Positions 47,866 to 57,900 of a stretch of DNA of 64,000 bases are shown here, piece after piece. The DNA comes from a virus: the IMG/VR virus record IMGVR_UViG_3300025536_000011; one strand, given 5' to 3'. The number at the start of each line of letters is the position of its first letter. The stretch's first letter is position 1. Below the pieces are notes generated by a model, which was not told the origin of the DNA, searched no databases, and was given only the letters and a program-made list of their open reading frames with translations. The position numbers and the translations under genes were made by a program.

Positions 47866-48891
47866 TTAGACCTCTAACCTATTATGATAGAAACCAATAT
47901 AAGGTTGACTCCTACCAGTTTGACAGAGCCAGATGTTCCCAACGGCTTCGCCATTAATGGCCTTAGAATAGAATTCATCAGTAGACCAAAGTGGATATAA
48001 CTTCTGAGCATTTCTGTTATTAATAAGAGTCTGTTCAAACATAGGATGCTCTTTTATAATGTCTGGATGTTCTCCGTCAAAGACAAGTAATGGCTCTGTG
48101 CCATCAAACCAATCTTTAATCTTCTGATCAAACTTCTTACTTGCGTCTCCGTGAGCCGCAAGTTCTTTCTCATAATACTCTTGTTTCTGACGCATCACTT
48201 CATCCATATTGTTACGAGCATATCCGTAATGGTAGATATATACCGGCTTCGTCGGTACGAATCTTCTATGTTGATAATGTGGAGAAAAATAAGTACAATG
48301 ACCATGAGCGTCGGTCACAACCGGATGGGAGTGATATTTCATTCCTCTTTGAAGTTTAAATATCCGTTGATGCTGTGTATTCCACTCTGGCCCTGGCACT
48401 GCTATATGTGCGAAGTCCCTATAAAAATGTAGGAATGTTGGGATTAGCTCGGTCATATGCGGCTGTAAATCGAATGCCTGACGAATTCTACGAATATCGT
48501 CAGGCATATAGAATTCATCTGCATCATTAATTAAGATAATCGAGCCCTCTGGAGCGAGATCAAGAAATGTTTGCTTAATCTCCTCAAGATTGTTCCATGG
48601 CCGCTTAATCTGTAAAAATAAGACTTTTTTATCAGGGTCATGATTATCGCGAAAATCCTTAATAATATCTACGGTCTTGTCAATACTGTGCCCATCTTCT
48701 GTTGAATTGGGACGATTCTTAACTGCTCCCTCAATAACTATAATTTGATCAATTTCATTATAGATCGAGCGGAGCGTTAAGCCTATAAATTCCTCTTCTC
48801 CGCACGCCTGGATACACTGGACCAGCTTTACCGGATTATTAATTCTTTCAATAATACTATGACTTTGTGGAACATATGGTATATTAGACAT
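47866..48891 (-). CDS. GT2-like (GT-A) glycosyltransferase
   Basis: EEEFI..TL.SI...DQIIVIEG, S.D.T, INDADEFY, IYHYGY. Confidence 0.82.
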   Translation of the reverse strand: MSNIPYVPQSHSIIERINNPVKLVQCIQACGEEEFIGLTLRSIYNEIDQIIVIEGAVKNRPNSTEDGHSIDKTVDIIKDFRDNHDPDKKVLFLQIKRPWNNLEEIKQTFLDLAPEGSIILINDADEFYMPDDIRRIRQAFDLQPHMTELIPTFLHFYRDFAHIAVPGPEWNTQHQRIFKLQRGMKYHSHPVVTDAHGHCTYFSPHYQHRRFVPTKPVYIYHYGYARNNMDEVMRQKQEYYEKELAAHGDASKKFDQKIKDWFDGTEPLLVFDGEHPDIIKEHPMFEQTLINNRNAQKLYPLWSTDEFYSKAINGEAVGNIWLCQTGRSQPYIGFYHNRLEV

Positions 48892-49666
48892 ATTTGCTCC
48901 ATTTTCTATTTAATCCAATATTAATGATTGGCTCAAGATGCTGATATATAGCCGTAGCATTAGAGCCCATTATAGAAAATTGATAACATTGATTATTTTT
49001 ACGTTTAAAAATTTTATTTATTAATTTTTGGCCAATATATTGCGATAAAGTATTTTTAATCCATCTTAAAACTTGTCTCGTCCCTATGAATCCTATTGTT
49101 AAATAGGAATATTTATTTTGAATCTTTGCTATAGAAATCCATCCATCACCATCAATATAACCTTTAATAAAGGCTAGAGCGAAATTTCCATTTAGTGGTG
49201 GCGGCTTTAATATTAAAGTTTTATTAGTTATAATATTAAAATTGTTTTTTAGATCATGACAAATTTGTTTTGAATATATCCTTAAGATAGCCATCCCATA
49301 ATTATCAAACTTAATAGGACCATTAAACTCAATTAATCGAGCAAACAACTTTAGATGTTGCAAATCTTTTGTAGATAATAAAATTTGTAAACAATTTCTA
49401 TTTTTAATAATACATCCATCCGCAGCTATAAAACCAGCCCAATAAGAGTTTTCTAAATTAGGGACATTAAAATAATTATCATTACATGAATATTGTCTTT
49501 TACCCTGGCCTTTTAACGCAGAATACAGTCCTAATATTCTAGCTCTAGTACGTTTTGCCTGATAAGATCTCCCTGGTATATCTATATCAGGAAGTGGAAT
49601 TTGGCCATAATTTTCCTTAAGTATCATTATTTCCTGGTCTGTCCATCTATTAATATTAGATCCCAT
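48884..49666 (-). mobile_element. Free-standing LAGLIDADG homing endonuclease with Myb-like N-terminus
   Basis: RWTDQEIMIL, YWAGFIAADG, FIKGYIDGDG, RKW; very AT-rich; paralog of 42368..43186. Confidence 0.88.
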
Positions 49667-50919
49667 TAGCCACCAACCTTCATAACACTTGCATCCTTAA
49701 GATCAAAAATAACTTTCCCATTAGTTTTCCAACTATCATAAGCCGCTTTTAATTGAGCAACAAGGCGATCTGCCACATTTTTATAGTCACGTTTCTCAAC
49801 CAACTTTAACCCATTCTCCCTTAAAAGGGAAATTTTATTCCAGGTGTCCATAGACTGAAAATCTAACACGCCGTCAGCGTTGCCCTTGCGAAGCAAATGA
49901 TACATTCGCATTAAGTGACCCATTTCTGATGTACTAGGCTCAAACCATTGCTCCACGCCAGTATATATTGTCGGGTCTCCGTGAGGCATATCATATACGT
50001 TGGTCCGAATAGCATTATACACCATAGAGTTGTTTTCGTCAACCCAATCTGCCATGCCGCCTGTTTTACTCGAAATAAGAGTATTACCATGGCCCAATGC
50101 ATCAAACGCCGGAATGCAGTGCCCCTCGCCGCGTCCAGCATTCACATAGGCGTGGCACCCTTTATGAAGCTTGTGTATATCGGCTTCGCTCATAGTTTGC
50201 GTAATAGGCAGAATAGGAGGATACTTCTGTATAGGAATGCGGCACCCCTGCCTAATCTTCTGAATAAAGTTCTCAATAACCGTGCGTTCATTTTGTCGAT
50301 TAGACATACTAATATAGGTCTTTAAGACCAATAAAACCTCGTCGGGCCGGTCTGCGAACGCTCCATAATATGCTCTAATAAGAGCATCAATACCTTTTTT
50401 GGCAGAAAGCTGAGAAATATTATAAAAAATGGTCCGTCCGGCTGATCCAGGGATTTCGTATGGAACTCTTTCTTCTTTATAAAGGTCTGTGTCAGATGGC
50501 GGCGGCATCACTAAAATAGGCTTAGTACAGCCACAGTGTACTAACATTTCGGCATTAAAACGGCACGGAACTATAATAAAGTCGAATTTCTCAATTTGAG
50601 AGAGCCAAAAAGGAGGTAGTCGGTCAGTTTCCCAGAAGAATATAAGTCCGTTTGGCAGACCTGGCTTCGGCTGAGCCTCAATATTGGGTGTGGTGCATTG
50701 GAGCACCATGTCTATCCCCTCAAGTGGCTTATTTAGGGCCTCTGTAATCCAAGGCTCCTCTTTATACTGAGAAGCGTCGTCTAACTGATCATATTTTAAT
50801 GCACGAGCCACAACGTCAATACCACCCTTTAAAAGGGTTTTTAGGAATAAACGTGAGAAATTCGCATATCCGCTCATATCCTGTAGCGGAGCTATAAAAC
50901 AAAGTTTCATTAAATCCAC
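49666..50919 (-). CDS. GT4 glycosyltransferase
   Basis: SGYA, FWETD.LP, IIVPC.FN, KKGIDAL..AY, LVLKT, RGEGHCIPAFDA. Confidence 0.88.
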   Translation of the reverse strand: MDLMKLCFIAPLQDMSGYANFSRLFLKTLLKGGIDVVARALKYDQLDDASQYKEEPWITEALNKPLEGIDMVLQCTTPNIEAQPKPGLPNGLIFFWETDRLPPFWLSQIEKFDFIIVPCRFNAEMLVHCGCTKPILVMPPPSDTDLYKEERVPYEIPGSAGRTIFYNISQLSAKKGIDALIRAYYGAFADRPDEVLLVLKTYISMSNRQNERTVIENFIQKIRQGCRIPIQKYPPILPITQTMSEADIHKLHKGCHAYVNAGRGEGHCIPAFDALGHGNTLISSKTGGMADWVDENNSMVYNAIRTNVYDMPHGDPTIYTGVEQWFEPSTSEMGHLMRMYHLLRKGNADGVLDFQSMDTWNKISLLRENGLKLVEKRDYKNVADRLVAQLKAAYDSWKTNGKVIFDLKDASVMKVGG

Positions 50920-53777
50920 TCCTCTTTTCCTGGTTCCTGGCCCTCGATAGTATAGGCTTCGCCTTTTTGCTTAGCGACGGCCGCTCGAATTTGCTGTCTA
51001 TGGTTTTCTCCTCCTACAGACTGAGTAGCCGTCTGACAGAAGTACTGATAAACCTGTTCCTGGGTCATTCCCGATTGCATATTAGTCAGCCACATCTTAG
51101 CTCCCTCTGGATCAACCTTTGGGTACTTAAGAATATTCAGATATAACCACTCTAATAGTTTATCATTATCAAGCTCAGAAGGCATCGGATCACACTTAGG
51201 TACATTACGCACCACTATAGGTGTTTCCCAGGTTGTAGACCTATCTTTAATCTTAATACCGTCGAGTACAAACTCCCATTGTTTAGCCAACTTATCCCAA
51301 TCATAATTATCCTCGACACATTTACGTGCGTCTCGACCAAGATCAAGACGCTTTTCGTCATTATTAATAAGGTCACGCATTTTATCAGCTAAATCATCAA
51401 TATCGGGCAGAGCCCGCATACACGAGGTTTCAGGTTCATAATAATAGCGACCAACATCAATAACGTCACCACCTTTGTGGCACGAATAGCTATCCTCAGT
51501 AATTCCGAGTTGCTTAAAATGTGAATATTCTTTGGGGAATCGCCCCTTCTCACGCATGGCGGAATAATCCATTACAAGAGTTGGTTTACCACAGGCTTTA
51601 GCCTCTTGGACGGGCATTCCATCTCCCTCACAGTTGTGGACGGAATGCCCACATATAATATAATTATGATCATCAGCAACGTCTATATTATAGACATAAT
51701 CATTGTAATCAATATTAGTTATAGATTTCACTTTCGATAACATATAATTTACACCGTCTTGCTTCCAATAAAGAGAAGAAGTAGATGATTTTTTACCAGA
51801 AAAATTAATTTCAAACCTATAACGAGGCTTTTTGTTCTCTGGATATTGCATGTGACAATTAAAATATAAACCAAGTTTTTGCAGAGCAATATATAAATCC
51901 CTGGCAACGTATGGAGACGTATTAGTAAACCCATTTACTTTTTCGTCAATTACGTGACCGTCAGCATGTATTAATCCATTAATAAAAGCTAGTTGCAAAT
52001 CAGGAGGCCATAATATAAAATTAAACGGACTCTTTTTATATCCGTTATCATGATATAGTTCTTTTCTAAGTAAAATAGCTAATCGTTTATCATTAATATT
52101 AACATCAAAAGCTTTCCGATCAATATATTGTCTAATTTTTGCTTCGTGATTTAATCTTTTGGCTATCAAATTTATCTTCTGAAAAGCTGTTGCGTCATCT
52201 GACGCACATGTTACTCTGCAATATGCTGTCGTATCATTAATATTTACATTACCGTCTCCAACCATTACGCCCAAAAACCAAGCGAAATGTTCATCAAAAA
52301 TAATTGGAGTACCATCATCTAATTTAATTTCTGGCTTGGTTGACTTCATAGGAATAGTCTGAACAACCATATCATCTGGCTGTAAATCGCCAGCGTCTTT
52401 ATATTCAAAATCTAATCGTTCAGGATTTTTCTGTCCAATCTTTTCTCGTAAAGAATTTTTGTTATCGGGCCATGCGTCTTTAACAACCAAAAACGGGTGG
52501 TTTGGAGTACATTTATTAGACCATGCATTACCATGCAACTTAACTTCTACCAGCGAATCAGTCTTATTCTTCATAGTTTTATAAACATGATGCAATTGAC
52601 CATCTTTACCAAAGACCTGTTCGCCCTCTCGAATATCGCAGATATTTTTCCAACCTTCACCAGTTAATACCGGGGTATCAGGCGTAAAACATATAGAACA
52701 TTGAACATATAAGTCCAATAAATTATATACTTTAGCAAGCTCCTCGCGACTAAATCCTACCCCTGTTGTTGGACAGGTAGCGGTCTGCTGCCCACACCAC
52801 ATGCACGGCAACAATATCACTCCATTACGGAGTGGTTTATTATATAAATTAATAGCATAAGCAAGTGACTTCTTCCCACAGGCCGGGTTATGGCACATAA
52901 GCGTTTGCATTACGCTGTCTTTAATACCCTTGGAATAATTAGCAAGCCATGGATATGCTTGTAGCCTCATAACGTGGCGTGGATAATCATAAGAATAAAC
53001 ATTATCTGGCCACGCACTATGTAGCAACAAAATAGCTTTATCGACAGCCTTTTCGCCTTTATACTTATTTTTCATACGTGCGAAAGCATCAATAAGATCT
53101 GGATAAAGTTTACGAGATTGGTTACGCATCAGGCTGCCAATAATTGGCACATCCTTCGCAATACAAAACTCTTCCCTGATCTGATCTCTATCCATTGGAT
53201 AAAAAGTTTTTAAGTCTACGCCAGGACGCATAGCTTTAGGGAATACACGCATTAACGGACTCTGCTGCTTTAAAGTATGTACGCCAAAATCTGCGTATGC
53301 AACTATAAGATCAGCCTGTTCATAGTCTTTAATCCAATCCTCATGCTGAGGCAGACTGTCTACGGTGGGCATCCAAACGAGTTTAATCCATGGTCTGAAA
53401 ACACTACTTAACTGCCAGCGTAACATCCAATTATCCCTGATATCTATACATATATCTGGCTTACAATCCGCAACTACACCATCAAATTTGTAAGCTCCAA
53501 ATTGGGAAATATTCTGACCCTTATCTTTTGGATCTGCCGAAGGTTGATTATAAGCCTTAGCCTCTTCCTCTGTTAAGGGTAAATTCCCATAAAATTTCCA
53601 ACGCCCCTTGATAAAGTTATTCACTTCGGGGTGATCTTGGCGAGCGTATGATCCATGCTCAAAAATATCGTACTTCCCAGTCACGGCTAATCTTGGCAAT
53701 AGTTCCCTATAGTAGGTACTAAAGCCCGTAGATAGAAAACTAGCTTCCCCACAAAAAAGTATTCTCTTCTTACTCAT
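50910..53777 (-). CDS. GT4 glycosyltransferase with Zn-ribbon insertion and intein
   Basis: RILF.GE...TGF, PGVD..TFYP, RNQSRK.YP, L..VYN.LD.YVQ.S.|intein|CEG.G.P..EAKACG. Confidence 0.9.
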   Translation of the reverse strand: MSKKRILFCGEASFLSTGFSTYYRELLPRLAVTGKYDIFEHGSYARQDHPEVNNFIKGRWKFYGNLPLTEEEAKAYNQPSADPKDKGQNISQFGAYKFDGVVADCKPDICIDIRDNWMLRWQLSSVFRPWIKLVWMPTVDSLPQHEDWIKDYEQADLIVAYADFGVHTLKQQSPLMRVFPKAMRPGVDLKTFYPMDRDQIREEFCIAKDVPIIGSLMRNQSRKLYPDLIDAFARMKNKYKGEKAVDKAILLLHSAWPDNVYSYDYPRHVMRLQAYPWLANYSKGIKDSVMQTLMCHNPACGKKSLAYAINLYNKPLRNGVILLPCMWCGQQTATCPTTGVGFSREELAKVYNLLDLYVQCSICFTPDTPVLTGEGWKNICDIREGEQVFGKDGQLHHVYKTMKNKTDSLVEVKLHGNAWSNKCTPNHPFLVVKDAWPDNKNSLREKIGQKNPERLDFEYKDAGDLQPDDMVVQTIPMKSTKPEIKLDDGTPIIFDEHFAWFLGVMVGDGNVNINDTTAYCRVTCASDDATAFQKINLIAKRLNHEAKIRQYIDRKAFDVNINDKRLAILLRKELYHDNGYKKSPFNFILWPPDLQLAFINGLIHADGHVIDEKVNGFTNTSPYVARDLYIALQKLGLYFNCHMQYPENKKPRYRFEINFSGKKSSTSSLYWKQDGVNYMLSKVKSITNIDYNDYVYNIDVADDHNYIICGHSVHNCEGDGMPVQEAKACGKPTLVMDYSAMREKGRFPKEYSHFKQLGITEDSYSCHKGGDVIDVGRYYYEPETSCMRALPDIDDLADKMRDLINNDEKRLDLGRDARKCVEDNYDWDKLAKQWEFVLDGIKIKDRSTTWETPIVVRNVPKCDPMPSELDNDKLLEWLYLNILKYPKVDPEGAKMWLTNMQSGMTQEQVYQYFCQTATQSVGGENHRQQIRAAVAKQKGEAYTIEGQEPGKEEWI
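51633..52691 (-). mobile_element. Intein (353 aa) with LAGLIDADG endonuclease in the GT4 gene
   Basis: Starts CFTPDTPVLT, block B CTPNHPF, FLGVMVGDG and FINGLIHADG, block F VYNIDVADDHNY, ends SVHN|C. Confidence 0.93.
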
Positions 53778-54366
53778 ATAAATCCCTTATCCGTCCCTTC
53801 AAAATTGCTTCCAATCCTCTTAATCTACCGATAGAAATCCCTAAAATTTGACTAGTTTCCTTTAAAGAGTAATTATGAATATACCGATAATATAATATAT
53901 TGCGTTCTAGTTCTGAAACGGTAATCTCTTGTAAAAAGTGATCGTCATTGCTGCATAAACAATCACTATCGCTCGCAACGCCACGATATAGCACCTTTAG
54001 TTTCCTGACTGTATCAGGTGTCGTCTTTTTAATAGGTGATTTCTCGGCATTTAAAATCGAAGATATTTCCTCGCCGGAGGCTTCTACTCCGGCGAGTGTA
54101 TTAATTTTAGAGCAAAGTCTTAGAATGCGATGAGGCAATCTATACGGACCATAGAAACTTGACGCCTCTTCGTAAATAGCTCTCTGCACACATTTATATA
54201 TATAAGATTTAATACTTTTTCCCTTTGTGGGATCAAAACTCCTAAGAGCCTTGAAGGCAGATAAGCGTCCGACCTGTTCTAGATCTTCCTTAGATATAAC
54301 TGGTGATATATGATGTGTTTTATTAGCTATTCTCTTAATGATCGGCTCAAGTTCCTGTATCTTCAT
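53770..54366 (-). CDS. Phage sigma-70-family factor
   Basis: SKEDLEQVG...AL.SFDPTKG.SI.SYIY (region 2); C-terminal HTH YSLKETSQILGIS. Confidence 0.85.
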   Translation of the reverse strand: MKIQELEPIIKRIANKTHHISPVISKEDLEQVGRLSAFKALRSFDPTKGKSIKSYIYKCVQRAIYEEASSFYGPYRLPHRILRLCSKINTLAGVEASGEEISSILNAEKSPIKKTTPDTVRKLKVLYRGVASDSDCLCSNDDHFLQEITVSELERNILYYRYIHNYSLKETSQILGISIGRLRGLEAILKGRIRDLYE

Positions 54367-54725
54367 TAAAATGGTAATCCGTTGCCAGTCTCTTCTGGAA
54401 CTTCGGTTTGTTTTGGTCTCTTCCCAAGTACCTGGATAGACGTGGCACGTACAATTTCTTTATCTTTGTCCTTATAAGAATCAACTTCTACTGTCCCAGA
54501 AATAAATACCGTGGCACCTTTTGGTGAACCTTTCTCCTGCACCATAGTTAAATACTTAACCTGTGGACCAAATACAACAACATCTTTAAAAATTGTTTTT
54601 TCACCCTTTGGGGTATATAAATTAAGAGCAACCCCAAATTTAGCCATCTTAGAGTCCTTTATATCAAAGAATTTAATATCATCCGTAATACGACCACAAA
54701 AACTTATTGTTGCAAAATCAGCCAT
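54366..54725 (-). CDS. ssb: Single-stranded DNA-binding protein
   Basis: GRITDD, F.VA.N, VVVFG, KG..VFISG, C-terminal LPF. Confidence 0.85.
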   Translation of the reverse strand: MADFATISFCGRITDDIKFFDIKDSKMAKFGVALNLYTPKGEKTIFKDVVVFGPQVKYLTMVQEKGSPKGATVFISGTVEVDSYKDKDKEIVRATSIQVLGKRPKQTEVPEETGNGLPF

Positions 54726-54937
54726 TACTTCCTCCTTGTTTGTCGTTTTTCCTTATAGAATAATAAGACAGGAATAGTAATAATTCCAGAAGAATGTAAG
54801 GTCCACCCTTCTTTTGACATTTCATTAATTTTATCTTCGACTATCTTATTCAATTTACGTCTACCATCAAGGTTTATACCAGTCATTGTTAGTTCATTAG
54901 CATCTATTTCTAAATCTATTAATTTATATTCTATCAT
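54725..54937 (-). CDS. Small hypothetical protein (DUF4177-like)
   Basis: EYK...INEMSKEGWTL pattern. Confidence 0.45.
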   Translation of the reverse strand: MIEYKLIDLEIDANELTMTGINLDGRRKLNKIVEDKINEMSKEGWTLHSSGIITIPVLLFYKEKRQTRRK

Positions 54938-57900
54938 TTTAATCGTTCCGCGACATCAACAATGATTGAACCGCTGGTGTCTAATTTTCCTTTTAATCTC
55001 AAAATATTACCCTCTGACAAGTGCATCTTATATTTATTAAAAGTTTGAGGAAAGATCACTATATTATCTAGTTGACAAGTATGGTCGCCCCCTGTAATGA
55101 AGGCCATGTCGTCATTTTTCTTAGTTTTAATCTGTCTTACTGATACAATCTGTATAATGGTGTCAATAGGATATCCAGCACTAAATGTCTTAATAATATC
55201 CTTACACTTGTCCTTAGATTTAAATAGGTCAGTTTCACTCCCAGTTAAGGGAATTCCAAGATAATATTTCTCCCAACCAATTTTTTCGATTGGGCCATCA
55301 AATGGATCTGATGCATCAAACATGTTTAGTAATTCTCTAATAGTCGCTCGTCGAGCCACATTAGGAACCTTAATCTGTTCTTTTAAAGCAATATACTCAG
55401 TCTCATGACACATTGCTCTTAGATGCTGAACCCAGTTTTTGGACACATTGTTATCAACTAATATTTTAAGTTGTTTTTGTTCAATGGTAGTTAGCTCTGA
55501 TAATAATACGTACTTGGCCCACATACGACATCGCGGCATGTCAAAAGAATCAAACGCACCGCTTTTAATAAGAGCTTCAACTACTTTAACATTAAGTCCC
55601 GCACTAACTAAAGCCCATAAAAATTCATCATATGAGTTTAATAGCGTCCCCGTAATAGTTTTGACCAATTTACTAAGAGTTTTTTCACCTATGCCTTTTA
55701 AGCAAGATAAACCAAATGCAATTGTGGTATCGTCCTGTATCATAAAGTTTAAATTACCACTCTTAATAGACGGTGGTAGCACCTTAATATCAAATAACTT
55801 TGCATCATTCACAAATTTCTGTATCTCTTCTAAAGCATCCTGAGAAAATTGAGAATTATTTAATTGAGCACAGAAAAACTCTACGGGAAAATTAGCTTTT
55901 AAATATGCTGTGTAATATGATAATAGAGCATAACCTATCGAGTGGCTAAGATTAAATTGATACCCCGCTGCTTGTTCTATACTATCCCAAATTGCATCTG
56001 AGTCTACTTGCAGAATATTGTTTTTCAAACACCCATCAATAAACTTAGTTTTAAAAGCCTTTAATTCTTCAGGATGTTTTTTCCCAATTGCACGCCTTAT
56101 AAGGTCGCATTCCTCAAGAGTAAACGAAGCTAATTCTTTAAATGCCCTAATAGTCTGTTCTTGAAAGCAGAGTATCCCGTAAGTTGGTTTTACTACAGAA
56201 TCCAACAATGGATGTACTGGTGTATAGGGTATTTGTCCAGTTTTGGTCTCATAATACTTCTTGGTCATGCCAGTGTCTAGTGTTGCTGGACGAATTAGTG
56301 CGATTAAATCTGATACCTCTTCTATCGACTGTGGTGTTAGTTTCCTACACCAGCTTCTACCAAGCTGACTTTCAAGCTGAAAGACGCCAATAGTTCTACC
56401 CAAAGAAATTAAATCAAATGTGGCTTGATCTTTTAATGGAATAGATTGCATATTAAGAGCAACGCCGTGTCTTTCTTTAATAAGTCTAAATGCATCATCC
56501 AACACATCAAGAGTATTCAGTCCCAACACGTCTTGTTTAAGAAGATTTAGTTTATCGACTGTCCCCATATCCCATCCACAAACAATACTCTCTTCGTCGG
56601 AGGATTTGCACGTCGGATATTCTCCCTCAGAAAATGGGGTGTCTGCAATAACTACTGCCGACGCATGAGTCCCAAGAGACTTATAACAACCTTCAATTTG
56701 CCGTGCGATAGCGAACCACGATTTATACTTTACCTCATACGCCGCTAATTCTGGAACCTTTTTAATAGCTTCGTCCAATGAAATCTGAGTATGATCGTCA
56801 TTCTTCATGGGCACTAAATTAGTAATTTGATTAGATTCTTCGAAACCAAGTCCAAAAACCCTGAATACGTCTTTTAGTACTGCTCTGGCGGCGAGTTTAG
56901 AAAATGTTGGTAATTGAGCAACAGTATCACTTCCGAAACGATCCTTAATATATTGCAGGACTAGACCACGTTTACTTCTCTGTATATCTGTGTCGATATC
57001 TGGTAAGCCGCCGCGACCCTTGTTAAGGAAGCGTTCCCAAATAAGATTGTATTTGATAGGGTCAATGTCTGTAATCCCTAATAAGTAGGCAACTAATGAG
57101 CCGCCCACACTCCCACGGCCTGGGCCCAAAAATATATTATTGTTTCGGCACCATTGTATTACGTCCCAGACAATGAGAAAATAATCATTAAAACCCATCG
57201 AGTCAATATCTGATAGCTCTTTATTAATTCTCTCTAGATATAGAGCTTTAATATCTAGTCCTTTTTGGATCGCACTAACCGTGACTAGTTGATAAAGATA
57301 ATCCTTAGAGCCTATCCCTTCCGGGAGGAATTTATTATACGATGGTAATCTTTTCTTCTTAAGATTGATTTCAACGTTACATCTATCTGCTATCTCACTA
57401 GTAAGATTTAGTTCATCCTCGGTAAGACTAAGAGCTTCCATCTCTTCTCTGGTTTTAAGCCCATAATCACTACAATCAAAATTACTATAACTATAGCGTG
57501 TATGCATAGTTTCTGCTATATTAAGTAGCGTAGCATGTGCATGATAATCGTCCTTATCAATATAATGGACATTGTTAGTCGCTACTGTTTTAAGGCCATA
57601 TTTGGTTGCTAATTTACGTAGCTCCGTTATAAGTTCCTTTTCTATATCAGAGTGATGATCCTGAACCTCTAAATATAGGTGGTTGACATCAAATAATTGC
57701 ATAAGTCTACGCAAGAGTGCCTCGGCTCTTAAAACCGATTTATTGCCGTCTTGGTTGTGTAGATATTTAGAAATAATCCCGCCAGAGCAGCCGGTTAAAA
57801 TAATTAGCCCCTCTTTGTACTTTTCAAGTAATTTAAAATCTATCCGTGGCTTATAATAGTAACAATCTCCCTTATTAGACTCTGAAACTAAGTGTATCAG

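Noticed and set aside
42368-49666. Group I introns hosting the LAGLIDADG ORFs
   Set aside because: The ORFs overlap or abut complete flanking genes, leaving no room for ribozyme cores, and the flanking genes are not split.
28293-53777. Bacterial O-antigen/capsule locus
   Set aside because: No wzx/wzy/wzz, ABC permease or priming transferase; interspersed with homing endonucleases, an intein and small phage-type ORFs.
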